64,000 nucleotides of DNA from Octopus bimaculoides (lineage: Eukaryota). The stretch lies in contig NC_068993.1 of NCBI RefSeq assembly GCF_001194135.2, positions 26,289,958 through 26,353,957 on the forward strand, given 5' to 3'. Position 1 is the first letter of the stretch; each line of letters begins with the position of its first letter. A model generated the notes under the pieces. It saw nothing but the letters and a program-made list of their open reading frames with translations, did not search any database and was not told the DNA's origin. Made by a program: the position numbers and the translations under genes. Below are positions 25,720 through 38,639 of the stretch, in pieces.

Positions 25720-25960
25720 GACAACATGAATGCTTTGAAGTATCAATGTCTCAATGTGTTAGGTGATGGATGAATTTCTCGTGTATTGCATAGTATGATC
25801 ACTCTCATAGAAGATGACTGTATCAGCGTATTAGAATATGAATGCCTCTATGTGATGGTGGATAAATAACTTATGAATGACTGTTTTAATGTGTTAGTGT
25901 ATGAATGCATCGATGTGTTGAAAAGTGAATGACTGCTTCAATGCATTAACAATGAGCTGC
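25720..25960. repeat. Degenerate minisatellite, ~24-bp unit (approximately atgaatgcctcaatgtgttagtgt)
   Basis: Recurring atgaatg..c..aatgtgtt motifs. Confidence 0.5.
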
Positions 25961-26399
25961 GGTTTGAAAAGGACATCCACAAATTTATCCTCCAATGGGT
26001 CGATCTTAAACAGGCAACTCTGGATATAGCCAAAAAGCTGTGGCAATCTTCCTATTATTTTAATGTCAGTGCATAATCTGAAATTATTTTTGATTTAGTA
26101 ATGTCTTGATACTCATCTATACCCTACCTCACCTTAGCTAAGAACCATATTATACAGTTTAACATGCAATGAGGAATTCTATGGGTTATAGTGAGATCGT
26201 CTGAACACACTGCACTCTTGTTACTATCTGTTTTATTCTTGTACACCCATATTTTCTGTACTACTGGCCACAGAAAAGATATGGGAAGTGGATTCAGTCA
26301 GAACATTATAGTTTCTGTTCATCAATGTATATTGTTTGGTATACATCCCATAACAATGTTTGGGGCCAGTGAGCCTATTGACTTGTTAGTATATCTGTG

Positions 26400-26550
26400 T
26401 ATCATCATCATCATCATCAACATTTAATGTCCATTTTTCATTCTGACATGGGTTGGATGGCTTGACAAGAACTAGCAAAGGGTGCTGCATTAAGTTCCAT
26501 AATCTGTTTTGCTTGGTGTCTACAGCTTGATGCTCTTTCTTATGCCGACA
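26400..26550 (-). mobile_element. RTE-type 3' tail
   Basis: (atc)n-catttaatgtcc..catgggttggatgg..tacagcttgatgctctttcttatgcc. Confidence 0.65.
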
Positions 26551-27779
26551 ACTGTGTATGTGTTTTTTATATTTGTCTTGGCCAACTGGGGAGACAGCAC
26601 TTTTAGGATGTCACTGTATACTGCTCTGAATGTCATATATAATGTTTGAGTGTTTTATGTAAGAGCATTGATGATTGAGTTGAAAAGATATTGAGTAGCC
26701 ATCAAATATCTTGGTGGTACCTAATTTGAGTATTTGGTACCTAGTCTGAGTATTTTCAAGCAGTATTAGGGACTGTAGGGTTTTAATCTTAACATAGTAC
26801 AGAAATCATGCCCTTCACATGTCCAGGAGATGCTTCAGTTTTAGTAATGATAATTAATTCTGGAAATAAAGGTGTGAAAATTATAGAATCAGAAGTCTTT
26901 CACATTATGTCTGAGCTGGACAGATACTGATCCACTGAATGGATATTTCAATTTTGAAAAGGAACCGGAGGGAAAATGTGACAGCATTGATGATTGAGTT
27001 GAAGATATTTTTAGCACCCATCAAGTATCTTGGTGGCATCTAGTCTGTCATTAATATTTGGTTCTATATGTACCATTTATCAAATAACTTAACTCTATCT
27101 AGTTAAGTTTGTCCATCCGTTTGTGTTAGTTGAATACACAGTAAAAAATATTTAATTGAAATTAGATACTGAAATTGATGAAGAATTCATCACCTTGTCA
27201 AAGCTACTGAACTCAGAACACGAGGACACAAAATGCCATTAGCCTGGTGTGCAAACAATTCTGCTAACTGGCCACCTTATTTTCATCGAAATATTATCGA
27301 CCATTCATGCCATATGTCCAGAAAGTGTTGTTATCATCTTTCCTGCATATATGTACCTTTGATACTAACTTGTCTCTTCAACTAATTTTCACTAGATAAT
27401 GGTGAACACTACAGAAGAATAGTGTCTCTCGTACACTTAACTCTATGGAAAGCCGATGAATGAACCAGCTACATGGATCTTTAAAGAAAAAAAAACATTC
27501 TTGTATTCCAAAGTAGTTGCAAGGTTAGCATAAGTGTTGGTAACTGCTAACAGAAAAGAGTTTTATATAACAACTAGAGCAATACATCATAAAGACATTT
27601 ATAGATTATTAACAGAATTTTAAATAATATTCTCAGATCAATATTGAACTGGTAAAGTTTTATCAATTTCTACATTGCTTATTTTTGGTATTTCCACTAA
27701 CATTTTCATTCACACTATTTGTCTCTTATTCTGATTGACTATCTATATATCTCTCAGTTTGAAAATGATGTATATAATA

Positions 27780-27788
27780 TGATGTGAG

Positions 27789-27847
<59 letters not shown>

Positions 27848-27933
27848 AACAGAGACAGAGACAGACAGAAAGACAGAGACAGACAGAAAGACAGAGACAG
27901 ACAGAAAGACAGAGACAGACAGAGTGTATGTAT

Positions 27934-27992
<59 letters not shown>
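27780..27992. repeat. Compound microsatellite (GA)n/(GACA)n/18-bp units/(CA)n
   Basis: Direct reading. Confidence 0.9.
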
Positions 27993-27995
<3 letters not shown>

Positions 27996-28182
27996 TTATA
28001 TTAATATCTGTTTTTATACCAAGTTATATATAACAACAATTCAACGTTACACTTCGGTATTGCTCAATACTTTTTAATACAATACACATTTATTTATACT
28101 TTTACAAGGAAAAAACTGTCAGTAACTTTGAAGTTTCAGCTTGTTTGCTTTATATATATAAATATATATGTATGTGTGTGTG

Positions 28183-28213
<31 letters not shown>

Positions 28214-28263
28214 ATGTGTGTATACACACACACATATATGTATATATATATATACATATATAA

Positions 28264-28304
<41 letters not shown>

Positions 28305-28633
28305 GTATGTATATATATATATATATGTATATATATANNNNNNNNNNNNNNNNNNNNNNNNNNNNNNNNNNNNNNNNNNNNNNNNNNNNNNNNNNNNNNN
28401 NNNNNNNNNNNNNNNNNNNNNNNNNNNNNNNNNNNNNNNNNNNNNNNNNNNNNNNNNNNNNNNNNNNNNNNNNNNNNNNNNNNNNNNNNNNNNNNNNNNN
28501 NNNNNNNNNNNNNNNNNNNNNNNNNNNNNNNNNNNNNNNNNNNNNNNNNNNNNNNNNNNNNNNNNNNNNNNNNNNNNNNNNNNNNNNNNNNNNNNNNNNN
28601 NNNNNNNNNNNNNNNNNNNNNNNNNNNNNNNNN

Positions 28634-28682
<49 letters not shown>

Positions 28683-29057
28683 CCAGCTATTGGAAGCTTA
28701 TCTCCCTACCTATCTTAGGTAAGTACCTATCCTCTTAGCTGTCTATCAACTTAGTACTTAAATATTCCTTTATTCTACTGTGCACTTCAGGCCAAAAGCT
28801 GTTGCCATGCTGGGGCACCACCAGTAAAAAGTCAAGTATCTCAGTCTCAATTCTATCCTCTGCTTGTATTTACGTTCATACCCCCTTGTTTACATTTTGT
28901 ATGTCTGTCAATCTGGCTTTTTGGGGGGTGAAGGTATGTGTGTGCATGTGTATCAGAGCAAGGGAGAAAGAGGGAGAGAGGGGGACAAAAAGAGAGAGAG
29001 AGAGTGGGGGAAGAGAAAGAAAGAGAGGGATGTAGACTGGCAGAAATAGATAGAAAG

Positions 29058-29104
<47 letters not shown>

Positions 29105-29162
29105 CATAGACACATACATGTAAATATGGGTGAAGACACAGACACATACACACACACGCACG

Positions 29163-29194
<32 letters not shown>

Positions 29195-29722
29195 CACGCA
29201 TACTACCACCTCCTTCCCCCAGATGCTGTTAACCCCAAAAATCTGTATTGACACCAAATTCTTTAAAATAAAGCAGAGTGAACGTGGTTTGAAAGTTTTA
29301 TTGATAAATTGGTCAGGTGGTTATCAATTAGAAATATACAACTACACACACACACACGAGTATATAGCTATATACACCCTCGTACTATGCATGTGTGAGT
29401 GCGTAAACACACACATAGATTTATACATCATACTGTCTGGACATAATACATTTTTTTCTATTAATTACATACACAGCCACACACACACACACACACACAC
29501 GCACGTACACACACACACACATGCACACACACACTTTATCTCATTCTTTTCCTCTCCTTTCTCTTCCTCATTATCATTGCTGTTTCCTTGCTCTTTTCTT
29601 TTTATCTTTTTTCCCTCTGTTTTAATCTATCTCTTACTCTGAGTTGATTGTGTCTGAATGTATGTATGAATGTGTTTCTGTTTATTTCTATGAGGTGTGT
29701 GTGTGTGCGTGTGCGTGTGTGT

Positions 29723-29754
<32 letters not shown>

Positions 29755-29944
29755 AAGTATATGTGTGTCTGTGTTTGGTGTGTTAGCATGTGTGCATGTG
29801 TATGTGTTTATGTGTGTGTACAGAAATGTTTAATTTTACATGTACGTGTGTGTGCGCATGTGTGTGTGGGTGTATTGCTATGTATCAATGGAGAGGTGGT
29901 AGAGGAAGGAAAGATTCACAGCAAGGGGAGGGGAAGGAAAGCAG

Positions 29945-30200
29945 CAAGTTGATGATGTTGTTGTTGAAGTTGATGATGATGATTGTGATGTTTAAGGTGA
30001 TGGCAATGATTTTGATGATAATGATAATAACATTGGTTATGATAATGATGATAATGGTGATAGTAATGGTGATGAAGAAGGGGATGATTATAAGGGTAAT
30101 AGTAATGATGATGATGATGATGGGAGGGACCGTGAGGATTATGATGGTGTTGTTGATGGTGGTGGTGGTGGGGAGTGATGATGACAATGATGATGTAATT
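29945..30200. repeat. (GAT)-type degenerate trinucleotide repeat
   Basis: Direct reading. It explains the poly-M/I/H ORFs. Confidence 0.9.
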
Positions 30201-30880
30201 ATTGAAAGTGAAATGTTTTGATTGCAAATTAAATTTATATTTGTGGACATTTATCTTCATTCTCACATAATGTATGAAGCCTAAGATTTTTTTTTTTTAC
30301 ATTCACACATCTCCTACTTCTACTATGTTGTGCTCCAGACTGACAGAATACAAGAAAATCTCTTCTATATAATTTTTTTGTTTTTATCTGGAAGAAAAGT
30401 CTGTGTTTATGGCTTTCACAGTTCCTTTGTAACTAGTGAGACCGAGCCATGAACAATATTCTTCCGTAGAAGCAAGCTGGTAGCTTTAGGGAAAGGATGT
30501 GCAGGAGTGGACAATTCCAGAAGATCTATGTTCTGAGAAATAAGGGCTGGGATTGGCCTGGTGGGGGAAGTTCCCGAATGGGAAGTGGTACAAGAGTTGC
30601 CAGCTTAGAGGAACAGAGCCTTTGTAGTAGCACTACAAGAGCAGAGAAAGAGAGAGAAAGAGAGAGAGGGGAGGAGAGAGAGAGAGGAGGCAGCATAATT
30701 GTGGGTCAGAGGTAGACATGTAAGTGAAGAAGGAAAAAGTACTCTATACACACTGCGCAAGCAACATGTGTCATCCTATGGCAGCTACAATGGTATTCTT
30801 TCATAGGGTCACTAAATATTTCCTTTTTTACAAGAAATACATTATACATTTTGGTAACGAAACATTTTGCTTTCGTATTC

Positions 30881-31044
30881 AGGCACTGGTTTGGCTGTGT
30901 TTCAAGAAGTTTGCTTCCCAACCACATGGTTCCAGATTTCAGCCCCACTTCAAGGTACCTGGGATAAGTGTCTTCTACTATAGCTATGGGCTGACTGAAG
31001 TCTTGTGAGTGGATTTGACAGAGGGACACTGAAAGAAGCCCATC

Positions 31045-31103
<59 letters not shown>

Positions 31104-31335
31104 TACGTGTGTGTCTTTGTGGCTATGTTTGTCCCCCACCACCGCTTGACAATTGGTGTTGGTGTGTTTATGTCCCTGTAACTTAGTAGTTCAGCAAAAG
31201 AGACCAACAGAATAAGTAGCAGGCTTTAAAAAATAAGTCCTGGGGTTAATTTGTTCAATAAAAACCCTTCAAGGCGGTGCCCCAGCATGGTAGCAGCCAA
31301 GTGACTGAAACAAGTTAAGAGAAAAAAGAGAAAAA
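30881..31335 (+). mobile_element. SINE family A, full composite
   Basis: Head, (TG)n and tail as in 1351-1807. Confidence 0.85.
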
Positions 31336-32261
31336 AGATTAATCTGAAGGGGAGTGTGTAAGTAATATAAAGCATTGGTGAACTTCTGGTTAGGTTCACA
31401 ATACAAGTTCAAGTCTTGCTTGTACTATACTCTTTATATGTGTGTTATTCAACCACGAGAGGGATGAGCTCAAGTAGACTAACTTAGCAGTTCACACCTA
31501 CATGAATGACTCACAATGGTTACACAATGAAATTTTAAGAATTATGGAAAATGGTTTTACTTTCTTTCTAATGGGAAAGAATGTAACTGGTCCTTAACTG
31601 AGATTTTATTGCAAAAATTATATATTCTATTTGTTGCAATGAAACATCAGTCTTTCCCAATCATTGCTGAATAATTCACTGCTTATTTTTGAAGAATGAA
31701 AACTGTTGTTGTTTTAGTTCAACTTAATCAGTCCAAGTTGTTCCAATCATGACCATCCCATCTTTTTCAGGAGTATCAAAGACTACATCATCTAATGTAG
31801 CCCTTTTCTTTATATGACAGTAGGGTGTAATTTGAGGAAGACTTGGTTGCTATTTCTAGCAGGTTGAATGGCTACATTGAGGCTCCTTGGTTAGACAATT
31901 AGATGTAATCCATAGATTCATTATTCAATTGGTGGATTTGATGCAGTGTAATATGGGGATGTATGTTGGTGATGTGGAGTGGAGGTGTATATTAATGCAC
32001 ATTGGCAGTGAACTGATGTGTTGGAGTTGTAGTTTGGTGTAGTGTAATATGGTGGCATATATTGATTTATGTTTGACCAACATTCCAGCCATGACCATCA
32101 ACAAAATAGCTTTTACCTGGTTGTTGTAAGAATGTGATGCTATGCCCAAAAGTGATAACTAATATTCTGTTTGAAGGTTAAGTTACCAGTAGTAGTTGTA
32201 TGGAAGAGAAATTAGGGATTAGATTTGAGAGCATGCATATGATGTGAAAACTGGTATAGTA

Positions 32262-32297
<36 letters not shown>

Positions 32298-33238
32298 TTG
32301 ATGATGATGATTATCGTTATTATTATTACAAACATTTTTCTACTAAAAGGTGTTTTGGGTGTATATTTGTGTATTTGTATGTCTGATAGTACATGGGTGT
32401 GTTGCATGTGTGTGTATTTTTGAGTATGTGTATGTGTGAGTTCTACAGCTTCCATATTCATTAGGTCCTCCTTAATTTTTCCCCCTATTTTCATCCCGTC
32501 TTCTACCTTCAACCTGACAACAAAATGCATCACCCCCTCCCAACACCTCCATAAAACCTCCCACATTCTTCAACACTCCATGACCACCATTGCCACCACT
32601 ACCACCACCGCTATTAATATCATCACTATCACACCAACACCAGCCATTCCCCCCATATGAAGTATTATCACCAGCACTGTGACCACCACCACCACCACCA
32701 CCACCATACCATCATGATCATCCTCATACCATCACAGCCACATCAGCATATATAACCTACCACTTAACCGATCCAGTTTTCTTTGAAGGTAAAAAGAGGT
32801 GACAGAGTGGTGGCAGTTGTGCTGGCAGTNNNNNNNNNNNNNNNNNNNNNNNNNNNNNNNNNNNNNNNNNNNNNNNNNNNNNNNNNNNNNNNNNNNNNNN
32901 NNNNNNNNNNNNNNNNNNNNNNNNNNNNNNNNNNNNNNNNNNNNNNNNNNNNNNNNNNNNNNNNNNNNNNNNNNNNNNNNNNNNNNNNNNNNNNNNNNNN
33001 NNNNNNNNNNNNNNNNNNNNNNNNNNNNNNNNNNNNNNNNNNNNNNNNNNNNNNNNNNNNNNNNNNNNNNNNNNNNNNNNNNNNNNNNNNNNNNNNNNNN
33101 NNNNNNNNNNNNNNNNNNNNNNNNNNNNNNNNNNNNNNNNNNNNNNNNNNNNNNNNNNNNNNNNNNNNNNNNNNNNNNNNNNNNNNNNNNNNNNNNNNNN
33201 NNNNNNNNNNNNNNNNNNNNNNNNNNNNNNNNNNNNNN

Positions 33239-33453
33239 NTGATGGTGGTGTTATTGTAAAAGTGCTGTTATTATTGAGTTGATGCTGTTGTTGTGGTATT
33301 ATTGTTGTTATCAATATATGGTTGTTACTGTGCTGTTGTTGTTTTCTCTGTTATTCTGTTCTTAATGTCCTATTGTTTTTGCTGTTGTATTATTATTATT
33401 ATCATCATTATTATTATCATTGTTATTATTTTTATTATTATTATTAGTTATTA

Positions 33454-33506
<53 letters not shown>

Positions 33507-33700
33507 GTTGTTGTTGTTGTTGTTTTTGTTGTCGTTGTTGTTGTTGTTACTGTTACTGCAGTTGTTGTTATATCACTGCTCCAACTATTGCTGTTGTTCT
33601 TCTTGTAATTGCTACTAATGTTGTCTTTGTTATTATTACTGTCATTGTTGTTGTTGTTAATGGTTCTGCTATTATTGTTGTTGTTGTTGTTGTTGTTGTT
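33239..33700. repeat. (TTA)n/(TTG)n trinucleotide block; its first ~240 bp are repeated at 34386-34625
   Basis: Direct reading; the two copies look identical by eye. Confidence 0.85.
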
Positions 33701-34237
33701 CCAGACATTTCCCTCCATAGTAACGGCCAGTATCTGCTCGAGAGGGCAAAGGAAGTCAACAAGCCGAATCGATGCCGTTCATTTCAATAGATCTAAAGAG
33801 TTTTTCTTTCAGCCATTTCTTGCCAGTTCTTGGCACTCATGAATAAATTAATAATTTCTCACAATGTACTGAGCACCTTTCAAAGAAAAGGATTGCTCTC
33901 TTTCTCTCCCTTCTGCCCCAGCCCTCCCTACACCCACTGCACAAATTAGAAGAGAAATGAAACAACAATAACAACAGCAACAACAATAACTAAGAAGTCA
34001 AAAGCATTTCCAGCATATGTATATATGTATATATATATATATTTTTTTTTAGTATTTATAATTCTTAATCTNNNNNNNNNNGATGGCAGTGTGGTGCGGA
34101 GTTGGTGCTGTGATACGGTGAGAGGATACATTAACTCTACTCTCCAACACCACTCCATGTGTTTTACATTTTGATTTCTTTTTCAGTTTTAATTTGATTA
34201 AAATTGATTTAACTCTTTATTGACTTATTGCAGCAGC

Positions 34238-34298
<61 letters not shown>

Positions 34299-35944
34299 AT
34301 AAGGGAAGCAGCAGCAACAACAACAACAACAACAAGAGTAGCAGTAGCAGTAGTTGTTGTTGCTGTTATACAGTTGATGATGATGATGATGGTGGTGTTA
34401 TTGTAAAAGTGCTGTTATTATTGAGTTGATGCTGTTGTTGTGGTATTATTGTTGTTATCAATATATGGTTGTTACTGTGCTGTTGTTGTTTTCTCTGTTA
34501 TTCTGTTCTTAATGTCCTATTGTTTTTGCTGTTGTATTATTATTATTATCATCATTATTATTATCATTGTTATTATTTTTATTATTATTATTAGTTATTA
34601 TCATTATTATTATTATTATTATTANNNNNNNNNNNNNNNNNNNNNNNNNNNNNNNNNNNNNNNNNNNNNNNNNNNNNNNNNNNNNNNNNNNNNNNNNNNN
34701 NNNNNNNNNNNNNNNNNNNNNNNNNNNNNNNNNNNNNNNNNNNNNNNNNNNNNNNNNNNNNNNNNNNNNNNNNNNNNNNNNNNNNNNNNNNNNNNNNNNN
34801 NNNNNNNNNNNNNNNNNNNNNNNNNNNNNNNNNNNNNNNNNNNNNNNNNNNNNNNNNNNNNNNNNNNNNNNNNNNNNNNNNNNNNNNNNNNNNNNNNNNN
34901 NNNNNNNNNNNNNNNNNNNNNNNNNNNNNNNNNNNNNNNNNNNNNNNNNNNNNNNNNNNNNNNNNNNNNNNNNNNNNNNNNNNNNNNNNNNNNNNNNNNN
35001 NNNNNNNNNNNNNNNNNNNNNNNNNNNNNNNNNNNNNNNNNNNNNNNNNNNNNNNNNNNNNNNNNNNNNNNNNNNNNNNNNNNNNNNNNNNNNNNNNNNN
35101 NNNNNNNNNNNNNNNNNNNNNNNNNNNNNNNNNNNNNTGTATATATATATATATTTTTTTTTAGTATTTATAATTCTTAATCTTCCTGCTTTTTTTTTTT
35201 TTTTTCTACTGGGGTCTGAAGGTTTCATCTTTTTTTATTCATTTGACAAAAATGAGACTGACCTCCTTCAGTTCCTCTCCCCCACCACACTCCATTTCAT
35301 TATCCATGACTAGTCAAAAATATGTTCGGTCAACTTTGGTTCTGGTTAAAAATCATTAAATTCTGCTCCGTTTAACCTTCAAAATGCCAAGTTTTAATAT
35401 TTTGGAATTTGTTTTTAAAATTCTATTTTTTTAATCTGCATATTAAAAGTTATTTGTTGTTGTTTTTATAGTTTTATTAGTTGTTGTTGTTAGTTGTGTA
35501 AGTTTATAGGGTATTTATATAGTTATTATTGGGGGTGGGGGTTCCTCTCTCAAATGGTAATTTAGAGCAAGTTGATGTATTTCAAATTATTTAAGAATGC
35601 ATACAAAATTTTGCGATGCATTGATAGCTGCACCTTGGTATAATGCACTGAAAATAGGCAAGAGTAGTTGTAAATTAAGATTCATTGATGATATTGTTGC
35701 AACTTCATAGAAGTATGTTTTTATAAATTTGTTGAGGTTAAATGAATATGCTTTTAGTAAATTCTAATGGATCCATGTACTTTAGCATTTTTAGGTCGGT
35801 TTTGAAAGTAATTTATGTATATGAGTGTTTCAATGTGTTCAGTTCATGGCTATACATGTAGATTCTTATGAATATGCATGTATGTGTGTGATGTGTGTAT
35901 CTACATATGTATATATGTAATAGGTGTGTGTGTGCATACACATG

Positions 35945-35995
<51 letters not shown>

Positions 35996-36005
35996 NNNNN
36001 NNNNN

Positions 36006-36577
36006 ATATATATTGCAAGCAAGGGAGTTAACCCCTACCATCTTCTAGTGATGTAACAGGACCACAAGACCATCCAATGTTGGACTATTTTTGCCCATCC
36101 TCAGTAGTTGACACCCATCTGCTAGAGATAGCAGTAGTTTGTTCCAGCTTACAAAATATAGAAAAATAAGTGACAACCAGTAATTGATCTTGCAACAAGC
36201 AAAGTAGCTAGTTATAAAGTCTCTATAAGAGATAAAAGTAGTAACTATACTGAGAAGTGTAGTAGTAAACGGTAGTAACATTAGTTTGTATGAAACAGCC
36301 ATATTGAAGTGGCAACAAACATTACTTTTCAGTATAGTTACTACTTTCATCTCTTATAGAGATTTTTTAACTAGCTACTTTGCTTGTTGTAAGATCAGTA
36401 ACTGATTGTCACTTATTTTTCTATATTTTGCAAGCTGGAACAAACTACTGCTATCTCTAGCAGATGGATGTCAACCACTGAGGATGGGCAAAAATAGTCC
36501 AACACTGGAAGGTCTTGGCGGTCCAGTTATGTCACTAGAAGATGGTAGGGGTTCCCTCCCTTGCTTGCAATATATAT
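36006..36577. mobile_element. Foldback/MITE-like element: ~245-bp inverted arms, ~65-bp spacer, (TA)n flanks
   Basis: 36013-36258 is the reverse complement of 36324-36570 (ttgcaagcaaggga...ctatactgagaagt / acttttcagtatag...cccttgcttgcaa). Confidence 0.85.
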
Positions 36578-37329
36578 TGGGTGCAGATTGTATCAATAAT
36601 CAACTAGAGGAGGCATCCTCTTAGGATTAAAAAGAAAACCTTATGTCAGAAAGGTAACTTAAAAACTCCAATAGACTGATAAAATAAAAAACCAGACTGA
36701 AAATAATACTGTGTCATTATAATTGATCAAAAATCTTTGAAGGCTGTGGTAAGGCCATACTCCAATGATTGAAACAAGTAAAAAATTAAAGGAATAAAAA
36801 ATATGAATTGGAATTACATTTACATATTATTAGCTAGAATATTCATAAATGAATTGGCAGAGTTGCTCAGGTAATTTACTTATAGGTTCCATATTCAAAT
36901 CTACAGCTGGTGGTGCTTCAGAGTATTCAAGGGGTAAAACACTGCATTCTCCATTGTTGCAATTCACCTATGAATTGGAAATAGGTAGTAGATCAATATG
37001 GCAATATTCACCATTAGACCAGAGTTTGAAAACTGTCTTGTTATTGGATCCACTCTGAGACTCTTATATATACATATGACAGATAACATATACAATCCAT
37101 TCCACATGCAGCTCATTATGAAAAAGCTTCCACTTTTCAATATCTTCATTTGCTCCTATGTTGTGTGAAACAAAGGAATTGAAACTTCTGTTGATATCTC
37201 ATATTGACTTTTGGTGAAAAATGCATTCTTGATTATATCACCAAAAGCCGATGTGAGAGTTTCTCCCATAGTATCTACCACAGTATAATTTGTTTTAACA
37301 GAATATCCACATTTAAGTGGAGATACATA

Positions 37330-37889
37330 CAGGGTTATTGAAAAAGAAGGTGCAGATTTTAAATTTATTTTTAAAACAAATGGTAAGAGACACAAACACA
37401 TTCTACATATTTCTTGACAGGGGAAGGTTTAAAGTTTATTTTAAGGTAGTATGCACTCAACATGAGCACCATGTGTTGCTCGACAAACATTGAAATGGTA
37501 GTCAATTTCTTGCCACACTCAAAACAACCGATCTCTGGATAGTGTAACGAGATAGATCTTTATTGAATTGGCGGCAAAATTCACATTGCACTTACACAAT
37601 CGATTTGCATTTCTCAAACTGCAGCACACAAAAAGACTTTTCTTGTGGCGTCGCCATTTACTAAGGTATTACACAAATGAAAATTATACCACTTTAAATA
37701 AAATGAACAAAATGAAACATTAAAACAAAATGAAAATATTATTTTATTTAAGGCTTAATTCAATTGATCATGTTTAGTTAAAAACTTTAAACCTTCCCCT
37801 ATCAAGAAATATGTAGAATGAGTTTGTTTCTCTTATCGTTTGTTTTAAAAATAAATTTGAAATCTACCCTTTCTTTTTGAATAACCCTG
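37330..37889 (-). mobile_element. Internally deleted Tc1/mariner element with ~108-bp TIRs and TA target duplication
   Basis: TIRs at 37330-37437 and 37782-37889. The minus strand gives MATPQEKSFCVLQF (ATG at 37657; HTH N-terminus) fused to VWQEIDYHFNVCRATHGAHVE (transposase C-terminus). Confidence 0.85.
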
Positions 37890-38224
37890 TATTACCTCTC
37901 AGTATTAATACTGCCTCAGTCGCTAATATACATCAGTTGATATCGAGTTGGCCATATTTGATTAGTAAAGGAATTTGGTGAAGAACTCTTTCTGTGATAA
38001 GAGAAGGAAGATTAACTAAGCTTGCCTCAAGGCAATCTTGATTGTATGAGTATGACAATTTGAAAGAAATGTGGACGATTTATTCTATGCAAACAGCTTA
38101 GAACTTTCTTGTCATTTTTTATACACTTTGCAATATATGTTTCCTCTACCATTCTCCAATCACAGCAACATAGTTCATGTTTATATATATATATATATTT
38201 AAAGGATACAATGCATATCATTAC

Positions 38225-38359
38225 ATGCTACTAATAGTTTTATATGTTGAGAAATATCCCAAACATATTCTTCAGGCACAAACCATAAATAATCATCCCT
38301 GTTTGTGCCTGAAGAATATGTTTGAGATATTTCTCAACATATGAAACTGTTAGTGGCAC
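38225..38359. ncRNA. Inverted pair of hammerhead-like motifs (family 2)
   Basis: Plus strand 38305-38359: GTGC-CTGAAGA-[ATATGTT T GAGA tatt TCTC AACATAT]-GAAA-C TGTTA-GTG-GCAC. Minus strand 38279-38225: same layout with AAAA and GTA. Confidence 0.6.
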
Positions 38360-38469
38360 TTAAAGACATGTATTGTGTCCTTTAGATAAATAATATCTCT
38401 CACCAGATGGAGTACTTTTTTTGTTGAATTTTCTATCATGGAACAAGTACATTATATATANNNNNNNNN

Positions 38470-38560
38470 NATCATCATCATTATCACCATCATCATCATC
38501 ATTTAATGTCTGTTTTCCATGTTGGCATGGGTTGGATGATTTGACCTCAGGCTCCATTGT
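38470..38560 (-). mobile_element. RTE-type 3' tail, inverted relative to 39140-39280
   Basis: (atc)n-atttaatgtctgttttccatgttggcatgggttgga. Confidence 0.7.
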
Positions 38561-38577
38561 CTGTTCTGGTATATATC

Positions 38578-38628
<51 letters not shown>

Positions 38629-38639
38629 TGTGCTTGGGG

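Noticed and set aside
24140-25960. CRISPR-like or zinc-finger arrays in the minisatellites
   Set aside because: No constant repeat with unique spacers, and no CxxC..HxxxH/TGEKP periodicity.
26140-26290. Open minus-strand frame ending at AAG|GTGAGG (KIWVYKNKTDSNKSAVCSDD..)
   Set aside because: Single unlinked candidate exon with no recognisable homology.
33239-35183. Apparent segmental duplication (33239-33478 = 34386-34625; 34020-34071 = 35138-35183)
   Set aside because: The copies look identical and all abut N gaps, which is typical of scaffolding or haplotype redundancy.
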